Shown one piece after another: positions 9,705-19,514 of a stretch of DNA of 64,000 nucleotides. Position 1 is the first letter of the stretch, and the number at the start of each line of letters is the position of its first letter. This DNA is from an uncultured bacterium (GTDB lineage Bacteria > Oederibacteriota > Oederibacteriia > Oederibacteriales > Oederibacteriaceae), in assembly GCA_965112635.1 (NCBI GenBank), contig OZ218778.1:1568001-1632000 (forward strand), in the 5' to 3' direction. The notes beneath the pieces were generated by a model. That model was not told the DNA's origin. It saw only the letters and a list, made by a program, of their open reading frames with translations, and searched no databases. A program made the translations under genes and the position numbers.

Positions 9705-10211
9705 ATGAAAAAAACCAGAAAAAACAAAAACCGACGGGCTCATGCTCCCGCAAAACTTCGCACAGGCCGGTTATCCTGGGAACAATATTTCATGAAGATC
9801 GCGCAGGTCGTGGCGGAGCGTTCCACCTGTCTGCGGGCCAAGGTCGGCGCCGTGGCGGTCAAGGACAAGCGCATCGTGGCCACGGGTTATAACGGCGCGC
9901 CGGCCGGCATGCCGCACTGCACCCAGAGCGGATGCCAAGTCTATACCACCTATGACCCGGACGGGGTCAAAGAAGAGAACTGCTATCGCACCATCCACGC
10001 GGAGATCAACGCCATCGCGCAGGCGGCGCGAAGCGGAGTGAGCATCGCGGGCGCGGATTTTTACATCACCCATTCTCCCTGCATCCACTGCCTCAAAGTG
10101 CTGCTCAACACGGGCGTAAAAACGATCTACTACGTGAGGCCTTACAAGCTGGAAAAGGCGGGATATTTCCTGAAATATTCCCAGGCGAAATTGAAGAAAA
10201 TCACTTTTTAG
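9705..10211 (+). CDS. dCMP deaminase / ComEB-family cytidine deaminase
   Basis: RSTCLR..VGA, TGYNG, HAEINA, SPCIHC zinc motifs. Confidence 0.93.
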   Translation: MKKTRKNKNRRAHAPAKLRTGRLSWEQYFMKIAQVVAERSTCLRAKVGAVAVKDKRIVATGYNGAPAGMPHCTQSGCQVYTTYDPDGVKEENCYRTIHAEINAIAQAARSGVSIAGADFYITHSPCIHCLKVLLNTGVKTIYYVRPYKLEKAGYFLKYSQAKLKKITF

Positions 10212-10402
10212 TTCTGCCAAGACCACGAATGGGTTGAAAAGCGCTTTTTTGACAAAATGAGGCAAACGGCGAAAAGCTTTAAAAACAAAGGATATTTTTA
10301 GTGATTTTTTTTTGATATTCGGGAACTTTCTGGCATAATTGTTGTCTAACTAGGTGAGAAAAGAAAAAGGTCCGAACTAATTTAATCTGATAGGAGACTC
10401 CA

Positions 10403-12214
10403 GTGGTCATAAATAGAAAAATCTTTTTTGGTTTGGCCAGTCTAATTTTTGTGTTGTTTGCCGCCCATCAAGTGATGGCGCAGGACGACATCGCTGATTA
10501 CCAACTCGGAACCGACCCGACCAGCCCGACCTCCATGGGGACCACCGATGTCACCGGGACTACCACGACAGGGACAACCTTTGATTATTCCTACACCAAT
10601 ACCCAAGACCATACCACCGGGACAGGATACAGTATAAAGTTCGACTGGAACATGACCGCGAACGGTTATGCTTTATTCCAAAACACCACGGGCAATTTTA
10701 ACTATTGGAGCACCTACACGCAGATGTGCTTCTGGGTCAAGGGCGCTGCGGGGGGTGAAAAGTTCAAGGTCCAGATCAGGGACGGCATTTATGACCAGGC
10801 TGCTTCCACGATACAGATGGCGAGCGCTGCCTGGCGCCAGATCTGCATCCCCATCCTTGGGGGCGGTTTTACTCCCAATCCCGGTAATTCAGCACCTATG
10901 AATTACACAAATATCGTGGATATTTCATTTATCGCGGACACGGCTACTCTGGGGGCCTTTACCATTTATATCGACGATATCACTTGCAGTCCCAGCGTTC
11001 TGCCTACGGCCACTCCCACGCCAATGGCTGGAGGCTGCGATATGGTAGCCAACTTTGAGAGCTGCGCAGATCCGATCAGTGAGGGTGGAACTGCCCTTGG
11101 TAATGTATACGGCTATGATCCTGCGAGCAACCTCACAACAACAGCAACTTACGATTCTACCCAAAACCATGATGCAAACCCCTCAGGCTGTTCCATTAAA
11201 CTGAACTGGGCTACCTCGGCGACAAGCGGCAGTTCGGTTTGGTATCTCGATCTCTTAACCTTAAACAATTGGAGCACTTACACGACCGTGACTCTCTGGG
11301 TCAGGGGTATGACAGGCGGAGAGAGATTCTTTGTGCAGGTCAGGGACGGGTCGCCTAATGATGACCAATACTGGTCGACCAAATACGCGGCCGGAGGTGC
11401 TGGGGTGTGGACCCAGATCTCCCTGCCTATCCCCTCGGGTTTTAGCGCTCATGGCGCACAATCAGGGCCCTGGACGTGGGCCACTATCTCTGATATTGCT
11501 ATTGTCACGGACCCTTCCCAGAACGGCAGCTTCACGATGTGGGTTGATGACATCCAACTTTGTCCTTCGGCAGGTTTCACCCCGACGCCGACCCCATCCG
11601 GGCCGACCAACACGCCTACTCCTGTAGTCCCGACCATGACGCCTACTCCGATGGGGCCGACTTCGACACCCACTCAAACCTATACCACCGGGCCTTCGCA
11701 AACATCGTCAATGACATTTACGCCGAGCGCTACTGGTACGCAGACTTTGACCCCCAGCGTCACTTATACCCCTCTGCCGGCCACCTTTACCTTTACTTCC
11801 ACCGCCACGGTGACCTCATCGCTGACGGTCACTTCTTCTCCGACCGGCAGCCCGACCCCGAGCGGGAAGCTGAGCATCATGAAATCCATCTCCTATCCTT
11901 GCCCGGTCACAGTCGAGAACCAGGCGACGATATACGCGCAGATGGTGGATGTGCCGACTCGGCTTGACCTGAAGATATACACCGTGGCAGGCAGGTTGAT
12001 ACGCACCTTTGGCACGATCAATACCACCGATCCTGCCATCGAGGACACGGAGCCTGACAGCAACGGCATCTATAGATATGTCTACAGGATACCGTTTGAC
12101 CTGAGGGATAACAACGAGGATTACCTGGCCAACGGACTGTACTACTATGTGATCGTGGCCTATAAGAGCAACGTATCCGTCAAGACCTATGGTAAATTGG
12201 TTATCCTGAAATAA
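10403..12214 (+). CDS. Secreted protein: two CBM11-like domains, Thr/Pro linker, C-terminal FlgD/T9SS-like sorting domain
   Basis: Signal peptide; internal duplication (WSTY..FWVKG..GGEKF..YIDDI vs WSTY..LWVRG..GGERF..WVDDI); C-terminal SYPCP..KIYTVAGRLI..LANGLYYY..GKLVILK. Confidence 0.75.
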   Translation: MVINRKIFFGLASLIFVLFAAHQVMAQDDIADYQLGTDPTSPTSMGTTDVTGTTTTGTTFDYSYTNTQDHTTGTGYSIKFDWNMTANGYALFQNTTGNFNYWSTYTQMCFWVKGAAGGEKFKVQIRDGIYDQAASTIQMASAAWRQICIPILGGGFTPNPGNSAPMNYTNIVDISFIADTATLGAFTIYIDDITCSPSVLPTATPTPMAGGCDMVANFESCADPISEGGTALGNVYGYDPASNLTTTATYDSTQNHDANPSGCSIKLNWATSATSGSSVWYLDLLTLNNWSTYTTVTLWVRGMTGGERFFVQVRDGSPNDDQYWSTKYAAGGAGVWTQISLPIPSGFSAHGAQSGPWTWATISDIAIVTDPSQNGSFTMWVDDIQLCPSAGFTPTPTPSGPTNTPTPVVPTMTPTPMGPTSTPTQTYTTGPSQTSSMTFTPSATGTQTLTPSVTYTPLPATFTFTSTATVTSSLTVTSSPTGSPTPSGKLSIMKSISYPCPVTVENQATIYAQMVDVPTRLDLKIYTVAGRLIRTFGTINTTDPAIEDTEPDSNGIYRYVYRIPFDLRDNNEDYLANGLYYYVIVAYKSNVSVKTYGKLVILK

Positions 12215-12244
12215 CCATAGTTTGCCCAAAGATATTGGATAACA

Positions 12245-12284
12245 AAAAACCCCGTGGGGTTTTCCCGCGGGGTTTTTATTTTTT
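12245..12284 (+). terminator. Intrinsic terminator
   Basis: AAAAACCCCGTGGG/CCCGCGGGGTTTTT stem followed by a T-tract. Confidence 0.8.
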
Positions 12285-12301
12285 GGCTTAACATTCCATG
12301 C

Positions 12302-12446
12302 TGGCGTATCAAAAAGCTGTTTCGATACGCCATTTTTTGGAGTGGAACTCTTGATTAATTGTTTAGGATTTGGCGAGTCGAAAGGCTGTTTCGACACGCC
12401 AACTTTAGAAAGGAAACGCATTATTTAATAGAGCTAAAGTTGGCGT
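12302..12446. repeat. Two related palindromes plus a 13-bp inverted repeat abutting the island's left att
   Basis: TGGCGTATC..GATACGCCA (12302-12332); TTGGCGAGTCGAAA..TTTCGACACGCCAA (12370-12402); ACGCCAACTTTAG (12396-12408) / CTAAAGTTGGCGT (12434-12446). Confidence 0.8.
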
Positions 12447-12591
12447 CCCAAGTCATAGCCAATTGGAATCAAATTACAGAATTTCTTCAGCAAATTAACT
12501 CCCTCCGAAAGGAGGGCCTCACTTTATAACCTAAATTCCCCCAAGATTTACAGCGTTATTGCTAATTCTATCCATCACGAAAGGAAAAAAT

Positions 12592-14082
12592 ATGATTTCA
12601 CAAGAACTGTTTACTCAGGTTAAAGAGGAAATTCCTAGACAGCAGGTTAATAGGATGAATTGTCACACCTTAGAGGCTGTTCCAAAAAATGTTGAAAATT
12701 CTAGTGGGAACGGGACAATTTGTCCTGAAGACCATCTCACTGCTGAATCAAAGATTGGGTGGGATGCAATTGAAAAAATATTGCAAGATCAACTTGTAGT
12801 AGAAGGATTTCCGGTAAATTCGATAAAAACATATATCAAAAATTACAAAAAACTTGTTATGTGTTTTAACTGTAAACCGACAAATGTAACTTCAGAAAAA
12901 CTCAAGAGTATTTTCGATTCAAAATTGGAAGATACTAAGCCCAAGGTTGTTTTGTCGCACTTGATGATATTGATGATTGATTTGAAATTATGGCCAAGAC
13001 ATTTTATGTTTCTTAGAAAACCAGAAAGAAAAATGGTTGTTAAATATATTGATTCTGAGTGGCAAAGATTGTTCGATAAATTTGAGGGATATTTGGATAG
13101 CGAGGATATGCATCATTCAACAAGATTTAGAACTTTAAAATGGGCTGGTCATTTTTTGTGGTGGGCAAAATTAAAATATGAAGATGTTTTTGACCCCAGT
13201 ATTTTAGTAAAAAACTGGCAAGAATTTACTAAAGAGATACATGAATACAGTAAAAAAATGGATTATCAAAATGTGTTTAAAAGATTTTGTGATTTTTTAT
13301 TAAAAACAGGTCAGTTGATAGAAGAACCAGATTTATCGCCAGGTGATGCCGTTTGGAAAAAATATATTGATACGAATGATAAAAAATACCTTCCAAATTT
13401 AAGCGAAGATTGGCCTAGAAATTGGGATGAAGTCTGGCCGGTTTTTGTGCTATTTATTACAAGGCAGCCTCTATTTCCTCACACAGCAAATTGTATTTTA
13501 AGCGGTTTTGAGTCTGTCGTTAAAAAATTACCTGTTACTCCTCGTCAGATAACCAAAGAACACATCGCTAAAGTATTGGAACTGCCGGAATACAAAAAGA
13601 AATTTAGCGGCGCCTTCAGCCATTTGTGTCTGTTATTAATTGAATTAAAGGTTTGGCCGAAGGAGTTTCTTCCAAGGAATACTGCTATAGGCAATTTACG
13701 TAAGCGTTTTAGTCCAATTTGGAAAAAGTTTTCTGACGAATTCCAAGCATATTTGATTAGGGAGGGTGTTCCAAAAGATCAATGTTATCTTTGGACTAAA
13801 TGGATAATCACTTTCATTTGGTGGAGCGATTTTACTGATAAATGGCCATTGGATTCTGAACAGATCAAAGTTCTATGGGAGCAATTTGGGCAATTTTTGA
13901 CACATTGGACAAGAGATATAGCTTCATATAGTCCTAAAACTTTCAGTCGTGCCTTCTCTCTTTTCTGGAACTTCGCCATTACACAGAAGACCATTGTGGC
14001 CGATCCAGTACCAATAGAACGTGTTGCAACTAGCTTTTGGAGTCATTTGCAAGAGCCATTACGTGTTCCATTGCACCTGTAG
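12592..14082 (+). CDS. Protein of tandem integrase N-terminal (SAM-like, core-binding) repeats, no catalytic domain seen
   Basis: Two-fold internal repeat (SHLMILMIDLKLWPRHF / SHLCLLLIELKVWPKEF; FEGYL..KWAGHFLWW / FQAYL..KWIITFIWW). Confidence 0.55.
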   Translation: MISQELFTQVKEEIPRQQVNRMNCHTLEAVPKNVENSSGNGTICPEDHLTAESKIGWDAIEKILQDQLVVEGFPVNSIKTYIKNYKKLVMCFNCKPTNVTSEKLKSIFDSKLEDTKPKVVLSHLMILMIDLKLWPRHFMFLRKPERKMVVKYIDSEWQRLFDKFEGYLDSEDMHHSTRFRTLKWAGHFLWWAKLKYEDVFDPSILVKNWQEFTKEIHEYSKKMDYQNVFKRFCDFLLKTGQLIEEPDLSPGDAVWKKYIDTNDKKYLPNLSEDWPRNWDEVWPVFVLFITRQPLFPHTANCILSGFESVVKKLPVTPRQITKEHIAKVLELPEYKKKFSGAFSHLCLLLIELKVWPKEFLPRNTAIGNLRKRFSPIWKKFSDEFQAYLIREGVPKDQCYLWTKWIITFIWWSDFTDKWPLDSEQIKVLWEQFGQFLTHWTRDIASYSPKTFSRAFSLFWNFAITQKTIVADPVPIERVATSFWSHLQEPLRVPLHL

Positions 14083-14326
14083 ATATCCACTGGTTCATGG
14101 ATTACGATCCGAAGCGGACGATTGGCTTACCGTGCTCCGTTATGCATTCATTTTATTAGAGTACTCGATTAGGAGTGAATTAAAGCCTATTGATATTGAT
14201 GAGATGAAATTGAAAAGATTAGATGATCAACTTAAAGTTGAAAAAATTGAATCGAAAACCATCGAATTAGTTCTAGTGGAAATAAGAAATGCCGTGGCAG
14301 AAATAAAAAATAATAAAGGAGAATAA
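14021..14326 (+). CDS. Hypothetical protein or frameshifted tail of the upstream gene
   Basis: Ends 2 nt before LSR1 and contains its RBS; start unclear. Confidence 0.35.
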   Translation: MLQLAFGVICKSHYVFHCTCRYPLVHGLRSEADDWLTVLRYAFILLEYSIRSELKPIDIDEMKLKRLDDQLKVEKIESKTIELVLVEIRNAVAEIKNNKGE

Positions 14327-14328
14327 TT

Positions 14329-15807
14329 ATGAAAATAAACGCAGCCTATTTAAGAGTTAGTAGTCAGCAAGGAAGTCCGTCAAGTAAGCAGGAAGAGAGT
14401 TTGCCCCGTCAAGAGCAACTAATAACTACGTGGGTCAAATCATTGAATTTTCCAGAACCCTTTAAAATATTCAGAGATGACAAGAGTGGGTCGCTCGAAC
14501 ATAGAGATGAGTTTGATAAATTAAAGCATCTTATAGAGAAAAATGAGGTTTGCAGGGTTTTTCTTTATGATGACAGCCGCCTTGCGAGAGATCAGGAAAC
14601 GGTTCAGAAAATGGTATGGTTTTGCCTTCAGCATGGTGTCGAAATATGGGTTTATTCATTAAGGCGTCGATTAGATTTAACACAAGAATCAGACAGAATT
14701 TTATTAGGGATAAATGGTTTGATAAATGAATATTTTTTAATTAATCAAAGGCGCATGTTTAAAGATGGTGCCGACGGATTAATAGCAAAGGGCGGTTGGA
14801 TGGGTAGGCATCCGTATGGGTATACGCGAGGGGAAGACAAACATTTAAAGCCTATTCCTGAAGAGTTTCAAATTGTTCAAAGGATTTTTAGCGAGGTTAA
14901 AGAACACAGCGTTAGAGCCATTTGCCAAAAATTAGAGGCTGACAGATTAACGGGAAAGATACCGGCGTTTAGGGGGAATAAACCATGGAGTGTAGCTATG
15001 GTTTGTCAAATACTCAGGAACCCTGTTTATACCGGCTCTGTAGCTTGGAATAGAACTAAAAACCTTAAACGTGTCCCTCGTGATCAATGGCGGATTATTA
15101 AAGATGCCCATCCTGGAGTAGTTAGTTGGGAGGAGTTTGAAAAAATAGAGGACATTTTTAAACTCAGAAATAGGGGATGGGCAATTTTTAAGCCATCGTT
15201 AAAAAATCCCTATGCTGGATTGATACTTTGCGGTCATCACGAAAAAAATATGATTGGTTTAAGAAGAGGCGGGAAAGAGTATTTCCTGTTTTGCCCGGTA
15301 TATTGCTGCCCAAATAATGGTACTCCAGTATCAAAAATTGAATCGAAAATATTAGATCAATGCAGGGAATTAATTGGAAATGGTGCATCTGAGATTGAGT
15401 TGAAGAGAATAAGGGAAAAAGAAGAAGAAATATCCGATAAAAAAAATAAAATTAAACAAATCAAATCAAAATTACCGAAGTTTCAAGGGAAGCGGCAAAA
15501 ATATATTTATCAAATGTCAAAGGACGAAATAACGAAGACCGCCTTTGATCGTGAAATTAAGGCCGTAGGCGAAGAAATCAAATTGTTTTCCAAGCAGGAA
15601 TCTGACCTGAGTCTTAATCTTGACAAGATTCAAATGGAACTGGATGGAATGAAAAGGCGTATGAAGCCATTGGAGGTGTTGAACCTCCCGTTTGCAGAGA
15701 TACCCTATGAACAGAAAAGAGAGGTTTTAAGGAAATTAATTAAGTGCGTTTCTGTCTTCGAAAGAAAAAATGTGAAAATACAATATGAAACGGAGGTCGC
15801 AATATGA
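14329..15807 (+). CDS. Large serine recombinase 1
   Basis: YLRVSS catalytic motif, DDSRLAR, PYGY, LRNPVYTG, Zn ribbon, coiled coil. Confidence 0.92.
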   Translation: MKINAAYLRVSSQQGSPSSKQEESLPRQEQLITTWVKSLNFPEPFKIFRDDKSGSLEHRDEFDKLKHLIEKNEVCRVFLYDDSRLARDQETVQKMVWFCLQHGVEIWVYSLRRRLDLTQESDRILLGINGLINEYFLINQRRMFKDGADGLIAKGGWMGRHPYGYTRGEDKHLKPIPEEFQIVQRIFSEVKEHSVRAICQKLEADRLTGKIPAFRGNKPWSVAMVCQILRNPVYTGSVAWNRTKNLKRVPRDQWRIIKDAHPGVVSWEEFEKIEDIFKLRNRGWAIFKPSLKNPYAGLILCGHHEKNMIGLRRGGKEYFLFCPVYCCPNNGTPVSKIESKILDQCRELIGNGASEIELKRIREKEEEISDKKNKIKQIKSKLPKFQGKRQKYIYQMSKDEITKTAFDREIKAVGEEIKLFSKQESDLSLNLDKIQMELDGMKRRMKPLEVLNLPFAEIPYEQKREVLRKLIKCVSVFERKNVKIQYETEVAI

Positions 15808-17369
15808 TTGATGACTTCAAGGATAATGATGTCGCAGTTTTGATGCGCCAAAGCACCAATAAGAAAAGTCAAGATAATAGTATTCCGAAGCAACTGCAAC
15901 TAAATGCCGAGTTTGCAAAGGAAATCAATTGGCCGTTTCCAACAATGCCAGAGAGATTTTACTCGGCAACTGTAAGCGGCATGTCTCCAAATCGGCCCGA
16001 ATTGGACCGCTTACTCAAGGATATTAGGTCAGGTGACGTAAAGAGAGTGATGGTATATGACTGGTCGAGAGCTTCGCGCAGTATATTAGGGGCCTGTGGC
16101 CTCTGGAATACTATTAGAAAAGCTGGAGCCTTATTAGCTATACAGTCTCAAAAACGAGTCATTGATTCCAAAAAACTTAACGAAGGCGATTTTTTATTCA
16201 TAAGTGTAAATGGTGTAATTAACGAAGCGCAGTGGTTAACGCACGCCCGTCTTGTAAGGGATGGGATGAGGCGCAGAGCGGGTAATGGTAAGTGGCCCGC
16301 TCCCGTTCCGTTTGGTTTTATTCGAAATGAAGATGGTATTTTGATACCTAATCCTGATGAGATGAGGATTGTTGAGCGTCAGTTTGAAGCTGCAGCCGTA
16401 TATGGAATAAGAGAGGCGTGTAAGGTCCTCCAAGAAGAAAATATATTTGTCAGTCCCAGTACGCTTCATTATAGGCTTCATAACTCAGTCTATATTGGAA
16501 TTCTTTCTTATGGAAAGACAAAGAATGACTTTAAGTTAAATCCGAACGCAAAATGGGGAGAGATGCCTGGACGCAAAAGAATGCGTTCTGATGAATTAAT
16601 TGTTGTTGAAGATGCTTTTATATCACCAGTATCAAAAGAGGCTATAGAGAAGTTCCAAGTTAATGCCCAGAGTAGACGATGGAATAAGAGTGGTTTGGGA
16701 CAACGGAAAGGAAAAACTCCATTTTTACTTGCTGGACTGGCCTACTGTGGTTTATGTGGCAAACGTATGTCCAGAAAAGCTGTTAAGGGTGTTAGTAAGG
16801 GTGGTTTAGAGAAAGCCTATGATTATGTAGGTTGTGGAACAGAGAAATGCCCAAATAAATGTCTTAAAAAAGAAATTATTGAAGATCAGATAAGGAAATT
16901 CTCTTTGTGGGAGCACCTTCCGAAATTTGAGCTGCGAGAAGCTATTAAGACGGCGCTAGATATAAAAATACAGTTTGCATTGAAGAAACAAGCAGAATAC
17001 GAAAACGAGATCATTAAATTAACAAATGCCAAAGATAAATTTGGTTCAATGTATTCTGAGGAGATTGCGAAAGACAAAGATTACGCTCAAGCCTATCAGA
17101 AATTGTGCTTCGACTTGCATGAAACCCAAGTAAACCTTTATAGAATGGAGAGAACGGTGAATGAGATAAGCGGTGCGACTCCTAGAATCCAAGCAGATAT
17201 TTTAGGTTGGTGCATAAATTTCAGGGAACGATGGTATTCAATGATACCAAGGCAAAAAATGCTCTTTTTACGTAGAACCTTTTGTAAGGTCAGAGTTTTC
17301 GAGAATTACTTGCTAAGTTTTGAGCCTTGGTCAATGGGTCGTTTTGATTTTGAGAAATCCAATAGTTAA
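15804..17369 (+). CDS. Large serine recombinase 2
   Basis: LMRQST, DWSRASR, PFGF, HNSVYIG, LAGLAYCGLCG; ATGA-coupled to LSR1. Confidence 0.9.
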   Translation: MIDDFKDNDVAVLMRQSTNKKSQDNSIPKQLQLNAEFAKEINWPFPTMPERFYSATVSGMSPNRPELDRLLKDIRSGDVKRVMVYDWSRASRSILGACGLWNTIRKAGALLAIQSQKRVIDSKKLNEGDFLFISVNGVINEAQWLTHARLVRDGMRRRAGNGKWPAPVPFGFIRNEDGILIPNPDEMRIVERQFEAAAVYGIREACKVLQEENIFVSPSTLHYRLHNSVYIGILSYGKTKNDFKLNPNAKWGEMPGRKRMRSDELIVVEDAFISPVSKEAIEKFQVNAQSRRWNKSGLGQRKGKTPFLLAGLAYCGLCGKRMSRKAVKGVSKGGLEKAYDYVGCGTEKCPNKCLKKEIIEDQIRKFSLWEHLPKFELREAIKTALDIKIQFALKKQAEYENEIIKLTNAKDKFGSMYSEEIAKDKDYAQAYQKLCFDLHETQVNLYRMERTVNEISGATPRIQADILGWCINFRERWYSMIPRQKMLFLRRTFCKVRVFENYLLSFEPWSMGRFDFEKSNS

Positions 17370-17542
17370 GTTAGTACTGCCCTAACCACCTACCAAACCC
17401 ACCTTTTTTATTCAATCTGTCCAGCCTGGATCTCCATACCGGACACTTTTACAAAAAAACAATTTACTCATTGAGAAATATAGGTTTTGGGACAACTACC
17501 TCCTATTTGGGCTCTATATATTAAATATAAGGAGGAATAAGC

Positions 17543-17791
17543 ATGAAACCAATGAGCCCCTATGGAGGATTGTCTCAATACTTTTGGGACACCTATATAG
17601 ACCTTTGTTTACAGCAATGGTTCGAGCAGAAGGGAGGGGAATATGCCCCAATCCCCTTCCCTAGTGCAAATCCAATTACCTATTCCCCTAAATCCACTTC
17701 CGCTCCAGCAAAAAAACAAAACCAGCCGGATTCCTTTGTCGATCCCCTACGCCGTCCTGAACGAGGCGGATCGTTTGATGAAGTGCTATAG
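17543..17791 (+). CDS. Small hypothetical protein
   Basis: Strong AAGGAGG RBS; overlaps the next ORF. Confidence 0.45.
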   Translation: MKPMSPYGGLSQYFWDTYIDLCLQQWFEQKGGEYAPIPFPSANPITYSPKSTSAPAKKQNQPDSFVDPLRRPERGGSFDEVL

Positions 17792-18368
17792 GCTTCGGGG
17801 AAGCGAACAGGACTTGGTGATGCTTTGGGAGGTTATGGAGCCTTCTGTAAAGATTCTAGCCTGGCAGCAGTGGGATCGTTACCAATACCGAGTAGGGACG
17901 GTCATTGAATCCGGCGATCTGGTATCGCTGGCAAAATGCGTGTTTTTCAGCCGTCTCCTCAAAGGATGGGATAGTAAAAAAGGCCACTTTCTCAGATATG
18001 CCTGTGTCACTTTCTATTTTGAGTTCAAAAAGTATCTCAGGCAATACAACAGGACGGGCTGGAATTTTGAGTCCCTGGAAAGCGCATATGAGGGCAGTAG
18101 ACCAAAAGAGCCTGTTGCCCCCACGAATCCTGATCTTTGTGACCTGCAATTAGAAATGTCCCTTCAAAATCTGGCTAAACGCCGACCCTTACTGGCAAGA
18201 GCAGCATTTTCCTACCTTAAAGGCGATAAGGGGTCATTGAGGGATGCGGTGATATCAGAACAGAAAATTAGAGGGTTTTCCAGAAGCTCACTTCACAGGG
18301 TTATTAAGGATATCCGGCAAAATCTGATTAAGGAAGAAAATGAAAAAGTGAGAGAGGAGGTGATGTAA
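17643..18368 (+). CDS. Sigma-70 region 2-like protein (mobile-element sigma factor-like)
   Basis: MEPSVKILAWQ..ESGDLVS..WDSKKGHFLRYA..KKYLR resembles region 2; helix-turn-helix-like C-terminus; start may be 17778. Confidence 0.6.
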   Translation: MPQSPSLVQIQLPIPLNPLPLQQKNKTSRIPLSIPYAVLNEADRLMKCYRLRGSEQDLVMLWEVMEPSVKILAWQQWDRYQYRVGTVIESGDLVSLAKCVFFSRLLKGWDSKKGHFLRYACVTFYFEFKKYLRQYNRTGWNFESLESAYEGSRPKEPVAPTNPDLCDLQLEMSLQNLAKRRPLLARAAFSYLKGDKGSLRDAVISEQKIRGFSRSSLHRVIKDIRQNLIKEENEKVREEVM

Positions 18369-18719
18369 ATGCAGTCTATTCGGGGACCAGTACACCAAGG
18401 GCCTTACGTGCATAAATCCATAGGGGTTTACTTGCACGCAAAAATAAAGATGATCCGGGTGCATTTCTCCTATGAAGACGTTCAGTATTTTGATCGTTTG
18501 GTGGAGATGGCGAGGGGTGAAGGGCAAAATAAAAGTAAACTTTTGAGGTCTATTTTGATGGAGGTATTAAATGTCAGTCTGGTTGAGTTGGGTGCAGCAT
18601 TAAAAGCTAAAGCAGGTCATTTTCGTTCAGTTGGTGGCTATGCGAGGAACATTCTGATTGATTATCTGGAAAAAGGTAAAGATAAGACGGATTCAGAGTC
18701 ATTAACAAAAACCAATTAA
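18369..18719 (+). CDS. Putative ribbon-helix-helix DNA-binding protein
   Basis: IRVHFSYEDVQYFDRLVE..NKSKLLRSIL pattern. Confidence 0.5.
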   Translation: MQSIRGPVHQGPYVHKSIGVYLHAKIKMIRVHFSYEDVQYFDRLVEMARGEGQNKSKLLRSILMEVLNVSLVELGAALKAKAGHFRSVGGYARNILIDYLEKGKDKTDSESLTKTN

Positions 18720-18732
18720 AAAGGGGGTTGTT

Positions 18733-19461
18733 ATGGGATTTAGCATAAGTAATATAATTTTAAAGTCTGGAAATAGGTTTGATGAAACGGCTTCGGCTTT
18801 GCAGAAATCAATAAGGCGGGGGAAGGAATACGAATCCATGTTTCACTTCGTGGATTTGGCGGAAAGCGGTTTTGATCTCTACGCCTGGAAGAGGCTCTGT
18901 ATCTGCGCTGCGGAAGATATAGGGCTTGCCAACCCGAATATAGTGGTTCAGGTCAACGCTCTTGCGCAGATGTGGGAGAGAATGCGGAAAAAGGAAAAAG
19001 ATGACAGTTCAGGAGAGTTAATCTTTCTCCTCCCCGAAAAAAACATCCCAGCTCTTGCAATACTTTTGATGTGTCGCTCTCCTAAGAACAGAGAAGCCGA
19101 CGATTTGGCTTCGTGTGTGGATTTGGACTGGAAGGAAGGGAAGATCATTCCAATCTCGCCGGAGGCCATTGATGGTCATACGCAAACAGGTAAGGCAAAA
19201 TTAAGACAGCAGGCCAAAGAACAGGGCCGGGAATTTATTGATTTATTTCGTCATGAATTTTTCGAGGGATCGGCACGAAATAATTTGCCGGTGGAAGTTG
19301 ATCTTGGTCCAATAGGGATAAATTGGATGAGGGAAATTACGGAATCACGGTTAGGGTGTGACTATGCTTTATATACAAAACCAATCTCATTAGAAGAAGC
19401 CAGCCCTAAGAAGAAGGGTGAAGATGGAATTAAAACTGAAATAGCTGTTGAGGAAGCTTGA
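18733..19461 (+). CDS. Stand-alone RarA/MgsA C-terminal-domain protein
   Basis: SALQKSIRRG..WKRL...AAEDIGLANP..L.RSPK; no Walker motifs. Confidence 0.8.
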   Translation: MGFSISNIILKSGNRFDETASALQKSIRRGKEYESMFHFVDLAESGFDLYAWKRLCICAAEDIGLANPNIVVQVNALAQMWERMRKKEKDDSSGELIFLLPEKNIPALAILLMCRSPKNREADDLASCVDLDWKEGKIIPISPEAIDGHTQTGKAKLRQQAKEQGREFIDLFRHEFFEGSARNNLPVEVDLGPIGINWMREITESRLGCDYALYTKPISLEEASPKKKGEDGIKTEIAVEEA

Positions 19462-19514
19462 AGCTTACCTGTCCCTGACGAAATTTGAGGGGTTACGCCT
19501 AAAGGGGGTTTTTA

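Noticed and set aside
11570-11870. Repetitive ACN/CCN-rich DNA
   Set aside because: Explained by the Thr/Pro linker of the secreted protein
14021-14326. HGLR as a tyrosine-recombinase H-x-x-R motif
   Set aside because: No other catalytic residues and no room for a catalytic domain; probably chance
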